A DNA stretch of 64,000 nucleotides from the human T2T-CHM13v2.0 reference genome, Homo sapiens: assembly GCF_009914755.1 (NCBI RefSeq), contig NC_060935.1, one strand, 5' to 3'. This document shows, piece by piece, positions 44,490 to 58,815 of the stretch. Position 1 is the first letter of the stretch, and each line of letters starts with the position of its first letter. The notes below the pieces were generated by a model, which was not told where the DNA came from, did no database searches, and worked only from the letters and a program-made list of their open reading frames with translations. The position numbers and the translations under genes are program-made.

Positions 44490-44780
44490 ATATTCATTCA
44501 ACAACTTGTGTCTGAGTTCCTACTGTGTGCCAGGCACTGTGGTAGGCATGGGGCTATCACGGTGAGCAAAACCAGGCAGATTGCAGATTCCTGCCCTGGC
44601 TGAGCTTAAGATCTAAGTGGTAGAGACATACATTAATTAAAGAATTACTAAAATAGGTACAGAACAACAAACCAAATCAAATGTTACAAAGAAAGGGAGC
44701 AAAGTTCTGAAGGAGTGATTTGCTAAGAATCCCATCCAGGACTGTGGGAAGCAGGGAAGGCGTTGCTGAGAAAGCACCCA
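44490..44780 (-). mobile_element. L2 3' fragment
   Basis: ttcattcaacaa...ctactgtgtgccaggcactgtggtagg...cctgccct...gagctta. Confidence 0.75.
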
Positions 44781-45667
44781 AGGAGAGAGTGGGTGTCACG
44801 TTTACTCCCCAGCCCCCACCCCACACTGCCTAGGGGCCTAGCATGGTCCTCAGCACATAGTAGGTGCTTAATAAAGTTATGTGAATGCAGGAATGTATGC
44901 ATGTGTTGACCACGTTGCCCTTGATTAGAATAATACCCTGAATGGAATCTCTTAACTATGTAGCTCTCCAGAGTTTATATAATGCTTCATGTGCATAATT
45001 TTTTTGTCCTGGGAATGCCCTCAAAGGAGTGGAAAAGATGGATATTGTTCTCCTAGTTGGATGGGTGAGAGAACTGACAAAACTAAGTTTATGTCATAGG
45101 AAGGAAGTATAGTGGGTAAAATCTTGCTCTTTGAGTCCTATAGTCCTGGAATAAGCTCTGCATCTTATCAGCTGTGAGAGGCCTGTAATCAAACATGGAG
45201 TTCAACAACTTTGCCACATTTTTCCCTGGGCCTGGTGCTTTCCTGAGTTGAAGTTTGCACTAGAGGGCCCAAAGTAATGATTATCTTGTGCTTTTTTTAG
45301 GGCCTTGTGAGAACTGGGCTTGCTCGTGGCCCACACAAATAAATAATCTGAGCAATGTCAGTATCCCAGGAAGGAATATGTGAGCTTTTCAACTTTTGAC
45401 AAGACTTTCTGTAAACTCAACAATCCAACAAATATTTATTCTGTGTTTACACAGAAAAGGCACTGCACTGCTGTAAATATGCTTTCATATCTTAGTAGGG
45501 GAATCACCTTCCAGAAATTTCTGTTTTAATAAAATTAATAACCACGGTGACCAACTGTTGAGCCCTCATTATGTACCAGATGCTGTGCTAAGTATTTAAT
45601 ACCCATAGTTAATTCTCATAATGCTACATGATAGGTGGTATTACTCTCCCACCCCCAACACCCATGA

Positions 45668-45972
<305 letters not shown>

Positions 45973-45976
45973 GAGA

Positions 45977-46302
45977 GTAAATTTTATGTGTCGACTTGAC
46001 TGGGCCACAGGGTACTCAGATATTTGGTCTAACATTACTCCGAGTGTGTCTGTGAGGGTGTTTCTAGGTGAGATTAACATTTAAGTTGGTAGACTGAGGA
46101 AAGCAAATTGCCCTCCCCAGTGCGAGTGTGCCTCATCCAATCAGTTGAAGGCCGGAAGAGAACAAAAAGATGGACCATCCTGAGAGCAACAGGGAACGCT
46201 TGCCTGTCTGCCTTCAATATGCATAGATATCTATATATATTCTGTTCAGGCCTCAATATATACCTGTATTTATTCTTTTCAGGCCTTTATCTCATTCATT
46301 AC

Positions 46303-46344
<42 letters not shown>

Positions 46345-46378
46345 CTTCTATTAGTTCTGTTTCTCCAGAGAGCCCTCA
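45977..46378 (+). mobile_element. MLT2 (ERVL) LTR
   Basis: aattttatgtgtcgacttgactgggccacaggg...tgagattaacatt...cctcatccaatcagttgaaggcc; ends ctattagttctgtttctccagagagccct. Confidence 0.88.
46303..46344. repeat. (ATAG)10 microsatellite within MLT2
   Basis: 10 perfect units plus AT. Confidence 0.97.
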
Positions 46379-46937
46379 TATGTCCCCTTTACAGATAAGG
46401 AAAATGACACCCCAGCCCTTCTGATTAATATATCCCAAACCCCACCTATCCTCTTCCCCCAAACCCACCCCCCTGGGATTTGAAACCAACCATCCTTTTG
46501 TTCTCCTAGAGTTCCTTTATCTCCTGGATTGGAAGTGTCCCTGTCTTTGGACTCTTTCCTGCATTCACCTCCCTCCCTTCATTCCAGCTGCCAGTACCCA
46601 CTGCCAGACCCCCAGCTTCCTCCCTCTGGGTGGAGGTGATATCACCTGAGGGGTTCCCATAGCTGCAGACCCTCCTGACCACCAGTCAGGATCTTCCCCA
46701 AACACAGGTCCTCCCTCCCCAGGCCCCTTCAGTCACCAGAGGCTTTAGGCACAAAGCTCAGGGCTTACAGGCTCTTTCAGATTAAGTCCCAGGATAAAGT
46801 TTAGGCCTGAAAAATATGTTTTAACTGATACCAAAATATGAAAAGAAGAATTGAAATTAATAAATATTCCAACAATGCCTTAAAAAATTAATTTGTTAAA
46901 CTTTGTAATTTCATCTCAGTAGAAAATAATTTTAGGG

Positions 46938-47220
46938 TTTTTTTTTTTTTTTTTGAGACAGTCTCCCTCTGTTGCCCAGGCTGGAGTGCAGTGGCACGTT
47001 CTCGGCTCACTGCAACCTCCGCCTCCGGAGGCCCTGCCTCAGCCTCCTGAGTAGCTGGGATTACAGGCACATGCCATCATGCCCAGCTAATTTTTGTATT
47101 TTTAATTGAGACGGGGTTTCACCATGTTGGTCAGGCTGGTCTCGAACCCCTGACCTCATGATCCGCCCACCTCGGCCTCCCAAAGTGGTGGGATTACAGG
47201 AGGGAGCCACTGCACCCGGC
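46938..47220 (-). mobile_element. AluS (Sg-like) with internal deletion
   Basis: Reverse Alu; TSD aattttagggttttt. Confidence 0.94.
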
Positions 47221-47325
47221 AATTTTAGGGTTTTTTAAATCACTTTGAAATAATTTCTGAATGTGCATGGTGACTGTTGCATCATTCCAGCCAATTGTAA
47301 AATAAATGTATTTGTAAGCAAGTAA

Positions 47326-47585
47326 TTTTTTAACCTTTATTTTAGGTTCAGGGGTACATGTGCAGGTTTGTTATATAGGTAAGCTCATGTCATGGGGGTT
47401 TGTTGTACAGATTATTTTATCACCCAGGTACTAGACCTACACCCAATAGATTTTTTTTTTCTGATCTCTCTCTTCTCCCACTTTCCACCCTCACGTAGGC
47501 TCCAGTGTCTGTTGTTCCCCTCTTCGTGTCCATGTGTTCTCATTATTTAGCTGCCACTTATAAGTGAGAACATGCAGTATTTGTG
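47326..47585 (-). mobile_element. L1PA (older primate) 3'UTR fragment
   Basis: ttttaggttcaggggtacatgtgcaggtttgtta...cacttataagtgagaacatgcagtattt. Confidence 0.9.
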
Positions 47586-47647
47586 TAATAAATAATTTTA
47601 AAGATGACAATTATCAAAATCTTGTCTACTTTTTCTAAAGGGAAAGT

Positions 47648-47701
47648 ATATACATATATATATATATACACATACATATATGTGTGTGTATATATATATA
47701 T
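47648..47701. repeat. Mixed (TA)/(CA)/(TG) dinucleotide repeat
   Basis: tatatacatatatatatatatacacatacatatatgtgtgtgtatatatatatat. Confidence 0.9.
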
Positions 47702-47822
47702 TTAGTGTGGGATGTGGCTGTGCCTGGGTCCTAACAAATTCTTAAAACCCCTTGCCCATTTGTACCCATTTATGGTATTCAGTGCCCCCCATTACCCAGC
47801 CCATCGTGCTCTGCACTTTATC

Positions 47823-48415
47823 TCATTCATTCATTCATTCATTCATTCATTCATTCATTTGTTCAACAAATTCAACAGATACTTGCGATTGATATTCTGA
47901 GTTAGGCATGGTTCTCAGGGCATACAGCACTAAGCAGGACAAACAAACCTGGTCCCCACCCTCCAGAAACTTACACTAACTAGACTGTGGGAAGTAGCAG
48001 AGTGGCAGGTGGATTGGAGATCACCTATAAGCAAATAAGCAAATAGATTACAATAAACTGTCAGGTTTATTTGAAGAGAAATAAATGAGGGAAAGAAACT
48101 TGAGTGTGGCTGGAGGGAAGTTACTCTTTTTAGACAGGCTCTTTTTAAACAGGCTAAAAAGGCCTCTCTGTGGAGGTCAGATTGAAGCAAAAACATAAAT
48201 TAAGTCAAGAAGTCAGCCGGGCAAGCATCTGAGGGAGAGAGTTCCAGGCAGAGGAAACGTTCAGTGCAGAGGCCCTGAGATAGGTATGGGCTTAGTGGGT
48301 TGGAGGGAAGGTAAGGACGCCAGCCCTGCTGGAGCCAGAGTGAACAAGGGGAGAGTATTAGGAGCTAAGGGCAAAGAGCTGGGGGGAGTGGGCAGGACAT
48401 GGAGGGTTTTGGTCA
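47823..48415 (-). mobile_element. L2 with (TTCA)n tail
   Basis: (cattc)n-type tail, ttccaggcagaggaaac...tgcagaggccctgag, gctggagccagagtgaacaaggg. Confidence 0.8.
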
Positions 48416-49009
48416 ACACTCAACTCCTCTGCCCTCCAGAATGTTCCTTCAGCTGCTCACTTTGCAAATGCTGCCATTGTACGGGAGGCCCTTTAATGGC
48501 TGATTGGCTCATTAAGCAGTGGCAGCAGTTTGCTGAGCCATGGGACATCGTGGATCTGCCAACACCTCCCTCCGACAGACATCTCTGTGGGCAGAGCCAG
48601 CCAGGCACAAATTACCTCACTAAACAGTCACTGCCTGCCAATTCCAGCAAAGGCCTCCTTGGACCCCCTTGGCTTTGTTGCCCTAAGAATCCCACTTGCC
48701 GCCCACCATTTTCCTCTTAAATGCCAACGGCCCCATCCTTGTCTGCCCCTGCATCGGTAAGCTTGAGGCATTTTGCTTTGATTGGTGCTACCATGGACAG
48801 GCCAACTTATTCTGTTGGCTCCTTCTTGGTCATATTCTGACTCAGGATTCCTGATTCTTAAATGTAGCAGGAGTTAAATGAGTGTGACATAATTCAAAAC
48901 GCTCCCATTTTAGAAGTCTGTGGTGACTTGTAAACATTTTTTGCATGAATGAAACTTTGTTAGCTTTTGTTGAAAAGTGTTGGGAGGTGACGGGGGCTGT
49001 AGTTAAACT

Positions 49010-49565
49010 TACCCAAAAAATATTTCTGGATCACCTCTTGGTGATAGGCACTATTTGATATACTGGTAGAGTAGTGACCAAGACTCACCAAATCCTTTAG
49101 AAGGAACTTATGTTGGGGGGAGAGGGAAACGGCTAATGAGCAAGTAAATGACAAATGATCAAGGCACATTCAGACAGTGATCAACTCCATGCGGAAAATG
49201 AAACAAGCTGAGCCGGGGCTGGGATGGGGTAGACAGTACCTTAGATCAGATGGCCCAGGACTGGCTCTTTAAGAAGATGGCATCACAGATGAGGCCTAAA
49301 TTAAAACAGGGAGCCAGCCATGGACTCCCGGGAGAGGTAACAGACAATGCAAAGGCATTGAAGTAGGAATGGCTTAGCCCTTGGTAGAACAGAAAGGCCA
49401 GTGTGACTGGAAGATGGTGAACAAAGGAGAGAGAAGTATGAGGCTGGAGTAGGCGCCTGGGGCCAGGTTGTATAAGGTCTAGTAAGCCATAGTAAGAGGC
49501 CTGGATTTTCAGCAGGGGAATAATTTGCTTCATGTTTTAAACAATTCCCTGCCACTGCTAGGTGA
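49010..49565 (-). mobile_element. L2 fragment
   Basis: gagccagccatgg...tgcaaaggc...gaacagaaaggccagtgtgactgg...ggccagg. Confidence 0.7.
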
Positions 49566-49916
49566 GAAGCCATCAACAACTGGAACCTGCATTTGTACAG
49601 TGCTTTACGATTTACACAGACCTCCATGTTTGCAATCACATTAACATCACAATATCAAATGAAATGGATAGAATTCTTCCTATTTTACAGAGCAGAAACT
49701 GAGGCTCAGAGAGGTTTAAGTAATTAAGCCAGATAAAATGTCAGCAGGTGGCAGGACTCAATCAGAAGCACCTAGTGAGGAGGCAGCTTCTTAGGAAAAG
49801 TTTCCTGCATATGGGTTAAAAAGAAATGAATAGAAAAATCTAGAAGAAATGGACAAATTCCTAGACATATACAACCTACCAAGATTTAAACCAGGAATAA
49901 ATAAAAAGCCTGAACA

Positions 49917-50219
49917 GACCAGGCACAGAGGCTCATGCCTGTAATCCCAGCCCTTTGGGAGGCCAAGGTGGGCAGATTACTTGAGCTCAGGAGTTCAAGA
50001 CCAGCCTGCCCAACATAGTGAAACCCCATCTCTACTAAAAATACAAAAATTAGCCAGGCATGGTGGTGTGAGCCTGTAATACCAGATTCCTGGGAGGCTG
50101 AGGCGGGAGAATCACTTGAACCCGAGAGGTAGAGGTTGCAGTGAGCCAAGATTGACCACTGCAACCAGCCTGGATGACAGAGTGTGACTTCACCTCAAAA
50201 AAAAAAAAAAAAAAAAAAA
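49917..50219 (+). mobile_element. AluS
   Basis: Dimeric Alu; TSD aaaagcctgaaca. Confidence 0.95.
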
Positions 50220-50617
50220 GCCTGAACAGACCAATAACAAGTAACGAGATCAAAGCCATAAAAAAGCCTACAATAACTTCACTGCTGAATTCTACCATTT
50301 AAAGAAGAACTAATACCAGTTCTACCCAACTATTCTGAAAAATACAGGAGGAGGGACTACTTCCAAACTCATTCTACAAGGCCAGTATTACTCTGATACC
50401 AAAACAAAGACATGTCAAAAAAAGAAAATGACAGCCCAATATCTCTGATGAACATTCATGCAAAAATCCTCAACAAAATACTAGCAAACTAAATTCAGCA
50501 ATACATTAGAAACATCATTCATCATGACCAAGTGGGATTTATCCCTGGGATGCAAGGATGGTTCATCATACACAAATCAATTAGTGATACATCATATCAA
50601 CAGAATGATATGCTATA

Positions 50618-50670
50618 TGATTTTTGGTGGAGTCTTTAGTCTGAAAGCCTAAAGACTCCACCAAAAATCA
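50618..50670. repeat. Perfect 22-bp inverted repeat with 9-nt loop
   Basis: tgatttttggtggagtctttag / ctaaagactccaccaaaaatca. Confidence 0.97.
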
Positions 50671-50815
50671 ATTAGAACTGATAAACAAATTCAGTACAGT
50701 TGCAGGATACAAAACCAACATACAAAAATCAGTAACATTTCTGTCTGCCAACAATGAACAATCTGAAAAAGAAATTTTAAAAGTAACCCATTTACAATAG
50801 CCACATATAAAATTA

Positions 50816-51254
<439 letters not shown>

Positions 51255-51495
51255 TCATATATTCTCACTTATTTGTGGGATCTAAAAATCAAAGCAATTG
51301 AACTCATGGACATAGAGGGCAGCAGGATGGTTACCAGAGCCTGAGAAGGATAGTAGGGGGGGTGGGGAGAGGTGGGGATGGTTAATGGGTACAAAAAAAA
51401 AATTATTTAGAAAGAATGAATAAGAACTACTATCTGATAGCACAGTAGGATGACTAGAGTCAATAATAACTTGATTATACATTTAAAAATAACTA

Positions 51496-51807
<312 letters not shown>

Positions 51808-52347
51808 TTAAACTGTTTGTATCACAAACGATAAATGCTTAAAGGGATGGATACCCCATTCTCCATGATGTGATTATTATGTACTGCATTCCTGAATCAA
51901 AACATCTCATGTGCCCCATAAATAAATACACCTACTATATACTCACAAAAACTAAAAATGTAAATTTTTTTTTAAATGGACAAGCAGCTATAACTCTATC
52001 CATCTCCTCCCTTGCTGTGGCCAGCAAACCGCACAGTCATACCTGCTTTCCTCCCTTTGGGTGTGTTGTTCCTTACCTGGAATCCCCTCACCCCCACCCC
52101 CTTTCCTTCCTCCTACTCAATCCCTTTCTCAACAGCTCCTGCCACAGGAGCGCTCTCCTCTTCCAACCACCCACCAGAATGCACGTCAGCGTGCTTAATT
52201 ATGATTACATCAGTATGTCCTTGTATTTTATCTCACCACCATACCCTGCAGATGTCCATTCCCCCCAAATTTTGTCAGTACCCACCACCACACACTAATT
52301 CTCGTGATAGAGCTAAGCATGTAATGAGTGCTTAATGTAAAACAGAA

Positions 52348-52629
52348 TTTTTTTAATTTTTATTTTTTATATATTTTTCGAGACAAGGTCTCACTCTGTC
52401 ACTCAGGCTGGAGTGCAGTGGCGCGATCTCGGCTCACTGCAGCCTTGACCTCTGGGGCTCAGATGATCCTTCCGCCTCAGCCCCCTAAGAAGCTGGGATG
52501 TGAGCCACCATGCCTGGCTAATTTTTTGTAGAGACAGGGTTTTGCCATGTTGCCCAGGCTGGTCTCAAACTCCTGAGCTCAAGTGATCCACACGCCTCGG
52601 CCTCCAGGCATGAGCCACCACGCCCAGCC
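52348..52629 (-). mobile_element. AluJb with small deletions
   Basis: Reverse Alu; TSD aaaaca(g/a)aatt. Confidence 0.92.
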
Positions 52630-53003
52630 AAAACAAAATTCTTTCTATTGAATTAGACTTATCATTTCCTGAGTGCTTCCTGTCTGCCAGGCACAGAGTT
52701 ATTGGTATTTTCCAAAAAGTATTTTAGTTAATTCTAATAGCAACCGTCTTTGAGAAAGTTACTATTATTATTTTATACATGAAGAAATGGAAGCTCAGAG
52801 ATGTTAAAAAGAAGCAAATGATACATTTCAGCTGTTCTATACATATTTTTAAAAAGAAGCAAGTAGCTCCCTAAACCCATACTGTTAATCTCCATTGTAT
52901 TAATACTTCCTTCTTATTGAAGACAGAAAGTTTTTTCCAGCCTTGATATATGAACCTCAGGTGTTAAAAGTAGGACTCTAAGAACAAATTAAAATGTTTT
53001 CTG

Positions 53004-53300
53004 GGCTGGCTGCAGTGGCTCACGCCTGTAATCCCAGCACTTTGGGAGGCTGGGCAGGTGGATCACCTGAGGTCAGGAGTTCGAGACCAGCCTGGCCAAC
53101 ATGATGGAACCCTGCCTCTACTAAAAATACAAAAATTAGCTGGGCATTGTGGTGCATGCCTATAGTCCCAGCTGCTTAAGAGGCTAAGGCAGGAGAATCT
53201 CTTGAACACGGGAGGTGGAGGTTGCAGTGAGCCGAAATTGTGCTGCTGAATTTCAGCCTGGGTGACAAAGCAAGACTCCACCTCAAAAAAGAAAAAAAAA
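53004..53300 (+). mobile_element. AluSx-like
   Basis: Dimeric Alu; TSD aaaatgttttctg. Confidence 0.95.
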
Positions 53301-54102
53301 TGTTTTCTGCTGCAAACACATAGAGTATCGCTGCAAAACTTTCTGGGATTAACCATTAGTCCATTGGTCTACACATCTATCCATTCATCCATTTATCCTA
53401 GCAACCACCTTCCCCTCTGATTTATGCCAAGTCTCTGAGGACAGTCCAGGTATGTCTACAGATAGTGGGTGGGGTGACAGGGGAAATGTGTGAAGGAGGT
53501 CTCGCTTGCTTCATACTGCCCTGCTCCTTCCCTGAATTAACCCCTTTGCCCATCTAGAAGAAACAGAGGAGTGGCAGGAAGGCTATAGAAACAGGTTCTT
53601 GACACCTCCTCTTGTTATTACCACTCCTTTTCAGCTGTGAGTCCAATCAGCCCGGAACTTCTGATGAATTTGTCACCCTAAGGAGGCAAAGTATGCTTCC
53701 AAAACTCACATTCAGATGTGCAGATCTGTTGCTCCTCCAGATCCGTGGAGCCCAGCGAAGCAAAAATGGCCACCGCTGCAGTGTAGGAGAGAGGACAGCA
53801 AAGGACCGCATGGATGTCTTCCTTCTGCAGTACTTCTTGATCAGTTCCCTAATCTCCCGGCTCCCATTTCTTCCTTTATTTAATAGGCGAATAGAACAGG
53901 ATTTTCTTTTCCCTTCACCTCCTTAATCTTCTCCAACACAAAGTCTATGGTATAGAAGAGAACTCTAGTAAGACAGAATAAAAACGTTGAAACTTTGTTA
54001 AGCTCATAACACATCAAAATGAGACAATGATCAGTAGGAGTGGGCAACAGTAGCAAGAGACAGGTCTGTTGGTCCTGTAGCTACTCCACTCTAGACTTAA
54101 AG

Positions 54103-54345
54103 CAGAGGCAGCAAACTGAAACGCCGAGACGGACCAGACAGGTAATAGAAATAAGCACAATCAGAGAGCCAGAGCTATACAATAGGGCCTTGATGAGCGA
54201 GATCACACACACCTGCTGAGAGGGATGGGTGCAACTCGGCTCCAGGATTGTGGTGCCACGTGGGAGCACAGGCTCAGTGCCGACAGATCTTTCTGGCTTT
54301 GTGAAAAAAAGCCAGAAATTCTGATTTTATGCAAAAAATTATTTA
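54103..54345. mobile_element. Possible MER103C-like hAT remnant
   Basis: cagtgccgacagatctttctggc...aagccagaaattctgattttatg. Confidence 0.45.
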
Positions 54346-54975
54346 TTTTTAAGCATTACCTACTAAGTCACATGATGTGTTAAAGGGAAATACTCACTCC
54401 CCTTCTTGAAGATTCCTCACGGGAAGAGACATCTCTAAGAGTAACACTCCTGGCCTCTCCCTACTCTTCACTCATTCCTCCCTTGATGGGAAGAGTACCT
54501 TATGACTGATGGGTTTGGAGGGAGAAACTGGGCATTCATAAGAGAGTGCCTTTTCCTCCCTTTTTCTTTGGGGCACAAGTTCTGCCCTGATGAAAGGCAG
54601 CCTCCCACAGTTCAGCATGGGTAAGAATGCCTAATTCTGGTATTCTGTGTTAGGGGCCCTATTTGCCTATAGCTATAAGCTGTATTCTCCAATATCCACT
54701 TTCTCACTAAGGTGAAACCCTGCCTCCATCAGCTGGCTCTTCCTCTTATTTATCAGTTGGTTCACAACTTAGGCAGAGAAAAGAACCTCTAATAACTGGG
54801 CATCCCTCAAGACTCCAAGAGTCAGCTCTTGTCTCAGGTATCAACTTGCTCCCTCTGAATACGAATCAAATCTTTGGATGCAGGATTAGGGCCTGCCATC
54901 ATCCCACCATGGTAAAGCCAGGAGCCATGCTTAGAACCCTGAGGGTCTTCTGGTGATTCTCCAGGATGGAGCTCA

Positions 54976-55335
<360 letters not shown>

Positions 55336-57117
55336 GAGGGAGGGAAGACCCAAAAAGAGACACCTGGATACCCATCAGAAGGGGACATTATATGTAGACT
55401 GAAAAGTGACTTAAAGGGAAAACAAAAGAAGGTCTTGCACCATCTTCTGAACATCAGGAGTGTTATTTTCTATTAAGTAATGGTCTGTACTTATGCACCC
55501 TTCCTGGGGGTGACATAAGAATAATAACATCTCCCATGCCCCTTTCACAAGGTTGAAATGGTCAAATACGTTATCTTTAGAGAATCTTATCATACGACCC
55601 TGTTATCTGTATCATCAATAACATAATTCAAGGTGCCAAGAAGAATCAAACTTACTTATCCTGACACTCATTTCCAAAACCCCAGAGCACTAAAATCAGA
55701 TGTTATTTTCTTAAGGACGATTTAACCACCATTGGGAACAAGAGAAACTACTACCTGGGAAAAAATATTAAATAGCAAAGTAAACTATTTTGAGTCTCAC
55801 TCATCAAACATTTATTGAGCATTTACTATGTGCCTGTCACTGCTCTGAGAAGTAGGGGTACAAAATTGAATAAGTCCTCTGAACAAAGAGAGTGTAGAGT
55901 GCTGGCAATTTCCGCCAATTCAATATGCTGTGTTTTTGTTTTGTTTTATTTTAACTGAAAATGTATTTTTAAAGAATGTTTGGGAATTCTAGCCCTATGA
56001 TAAACTGTTTTGTTTCACTTCCTTTAGCCGTTATTTTATGACAGCACTGACCTTCTGACCAAAAGCAAAATTCTGGCCTTTCTAAATATCCCATATTGGC
56101 TGGGCTTACTGGGTTTTCAAAATAAATGGATTAGATTTCTCGACCTGTCAAAATATAGAACACGAGGGCTTCTTTAAATTTAGGGGCCTGCTCTGAGTGC
56201 AGATTCAGTGTTCACTCATCTGAGCAGGAGGGCTGAAGTCCAGCTTCTCAGCAACCTGTTATTTTTGATGGAAGCAGAGGTGACTAGAACAAAGAAATTT
56301 GCTCAGGCTGGTCAGACTAACTGAAACTTGATGTCACCGGGGGCAATCAAGGCATCAGATGCCTTGGACTCGCTCAGGAGCATATTTTAGAGGATCCTAA
56401 CTCAGACATAAGCCTAAGCTCCTGAGAGTTCCTGCAATTACATCCCAGGGAGTGGTCCAGGGAGGAGGTGGGGCCCCTGGGAAGATGGTCTGAGGTACCC
56501 AGTGCACCACAACAAGTACGGTTAGCTGTAAAATGATGGACGGTGTTGTCAATAATGGAAGGATGGAAAGATGCTGAGAACAACCTGGATTTGCACCCCA
56601 GCTTCACTACTTTCTAGCTATGTGACCTTGAGGAAGACCTCAGTTTCCTCATCTGTGCAATGGGGCTGATAACAGTACCAACTTTACAGGACTGTAAAGA
56701 TGGTCAAATGTAGCAACCACAAAGAATAATTCCTCCTGTAAACGGACACCCAAACCAGCTTCTCCTCATACAGCCTGGCTGCTTCATTGTTATACCTGGA
56801 GTCTCTCAGAGGTCAAGAGAGGTTCCTTGTACACTCATGCTTCACTTAACCACAGAGATATGTTCTAAGAAATGCATCATTAGGCGATTTTATCGTTGTT
56901 TAAACAGCATAGAATGTACTCATACAAACCTAGATGGCATAGCCTACTACACACCTAGGCTACATGCTGTAGCCCATTGCTCCTAGGCTGCACACCTGTA
57001 GAACATGTTACTGCACTGAATACTGTAGGCAACTGTAACACAATGGTAAGCATTTGTGTATCTAAACACATTTAAACATAGAAAAGGTACAGTAGAAATG
57101 TGGTATAAAAGATTAAA

Positions 57118-57430
57118 GGCTGAGCGCCATCTTGGCTCACTGCAACCTCTGCCTCCCAGGCTTAAGATATCCTCCTGGCCAGGCGTGGTGGCTCACGCCT
57201 GTAATCCCAGCACTTTAGGAGGCCAAGGTGGGTGGATCACCTGAGGTCAGGAGTTCGAGACCAGCCTGGCCAACATGGTGAAACCCTGTCTCCACTTAAA
57301 AAAAAAAAATACAAAAAATTAGCCGGGCATGGTGGCAGACACCTGTAATCCCAGTTACTCAGGATTACAGTTACTCGGCCCATGCAATAAGATTGAAACA
57401 CTGTCTCAAAAAAAAAAAAAAAAAAAAAAA
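57118..57430 (+). mobile_element. Rearranged AluS with an inverted right-arm segment at its 5' side
   Basis: 57124-57176 is reverse right-arm sequence; 57177-57430 is a forward Alu lacking that region. Confidence 0.88.
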
Positions 57431-57604
57431 TTAAAAATGGTATACCTGTATAGGGCACTGACGATAAATGGAGCTTGCAGGACTGGAAGTTGCTCTGGGT
57501 AAGTTAGTGAGTGAATGTGAAGGCCTAGGACATCACTGTACACTACTGCAGCCTTTATAAACACTGTGCACTTAGGCTAAATTTATTAAAAATATTGTTC
57601 TCTA

Positions 57605-57752
57605 GGCCAGTCATGGTGGCTCATGCCTGTAATCCCAGCATTTTGGGAGACCAAGGCAGGAGGATCACTTGAGCTCAGGAATTTGAAAACAGCCTGGGCA
57701 ACATAGTGAGATGTCATCTCTAAGAAATAAAATAAAAAAATAAAAAATAATA
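57605..57752 (+). mobile_element. FLAM-C left monomer
   Basis: Single left arm followed by A-rich tail. Confidence 0.88.
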
Positions 57753-57952
57753 ATACTTTTCTATCTTCAATAATAAATTAACCTTAGCTTACTATACCTC
57801 TTTTACTTTATAAACTTTTAGATTTTTAAAGCTTTTTGGCTCTTGTGTAATAACATTTAGCTTACAAAAATATTTGTATGGGTATACAAAAATATTTTCT
57901 TTGTGTTCTTATTCTATAAGCTTTTTTCGATTTTTAAATTTTTTACTTTTTA

Positions 57953-58307
<355 letters not shown>

Positions 58308-58515
58308 AAGACACAAATACATGATTAGCCTAGGCTTACACAGGGTCAGGATCATCAAGACATCACTAGGTGATAGGAATTTTTCAGCTCCATTAGAACA
58401 GTATGGTACCACTGTCCATCATTGACCAAAGTGTCATTATTAGGTGCATAACTGTATATTAGAAAATGCCAAAACTGGGTCAAACAGAAATTGTGATGCT
58501 CTAACGGTTAAATTC

Positions 58516-58815
58516 TTTTTTTTTTTTTTTTTTGAGATGGAGTCTTGCTCTGTTGCCCAGGCTGGAGTGCAGAGGGGCAATCTCGGTTCACTGCAACCTT
58601 TGCCTCTCAAGTTCAAGTGATGCTCGTGCCTCAGCCTCCTGAGTAGCTGGGACCACAGGCATGTGCCACGATTCCTGGCTAATTTTTGCATTTTTAGTAG
58701 AGACCGGGTTTCACCATGTTGGCCAGGCTGGTGTTGAACTCCTGACCGCAAGTGATCTGCCCGTCTTGGCCTCCCAAAGTGCTGGGATTACAGGTGTGAA
58801 CCACCATGCCCGACC
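58516..58815 (-). mobile_element. AluS
   Basis: Reverse Alu; degenerate TSD taacggttaaattct / taatggtttaagtct. Confidence 0.94.
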
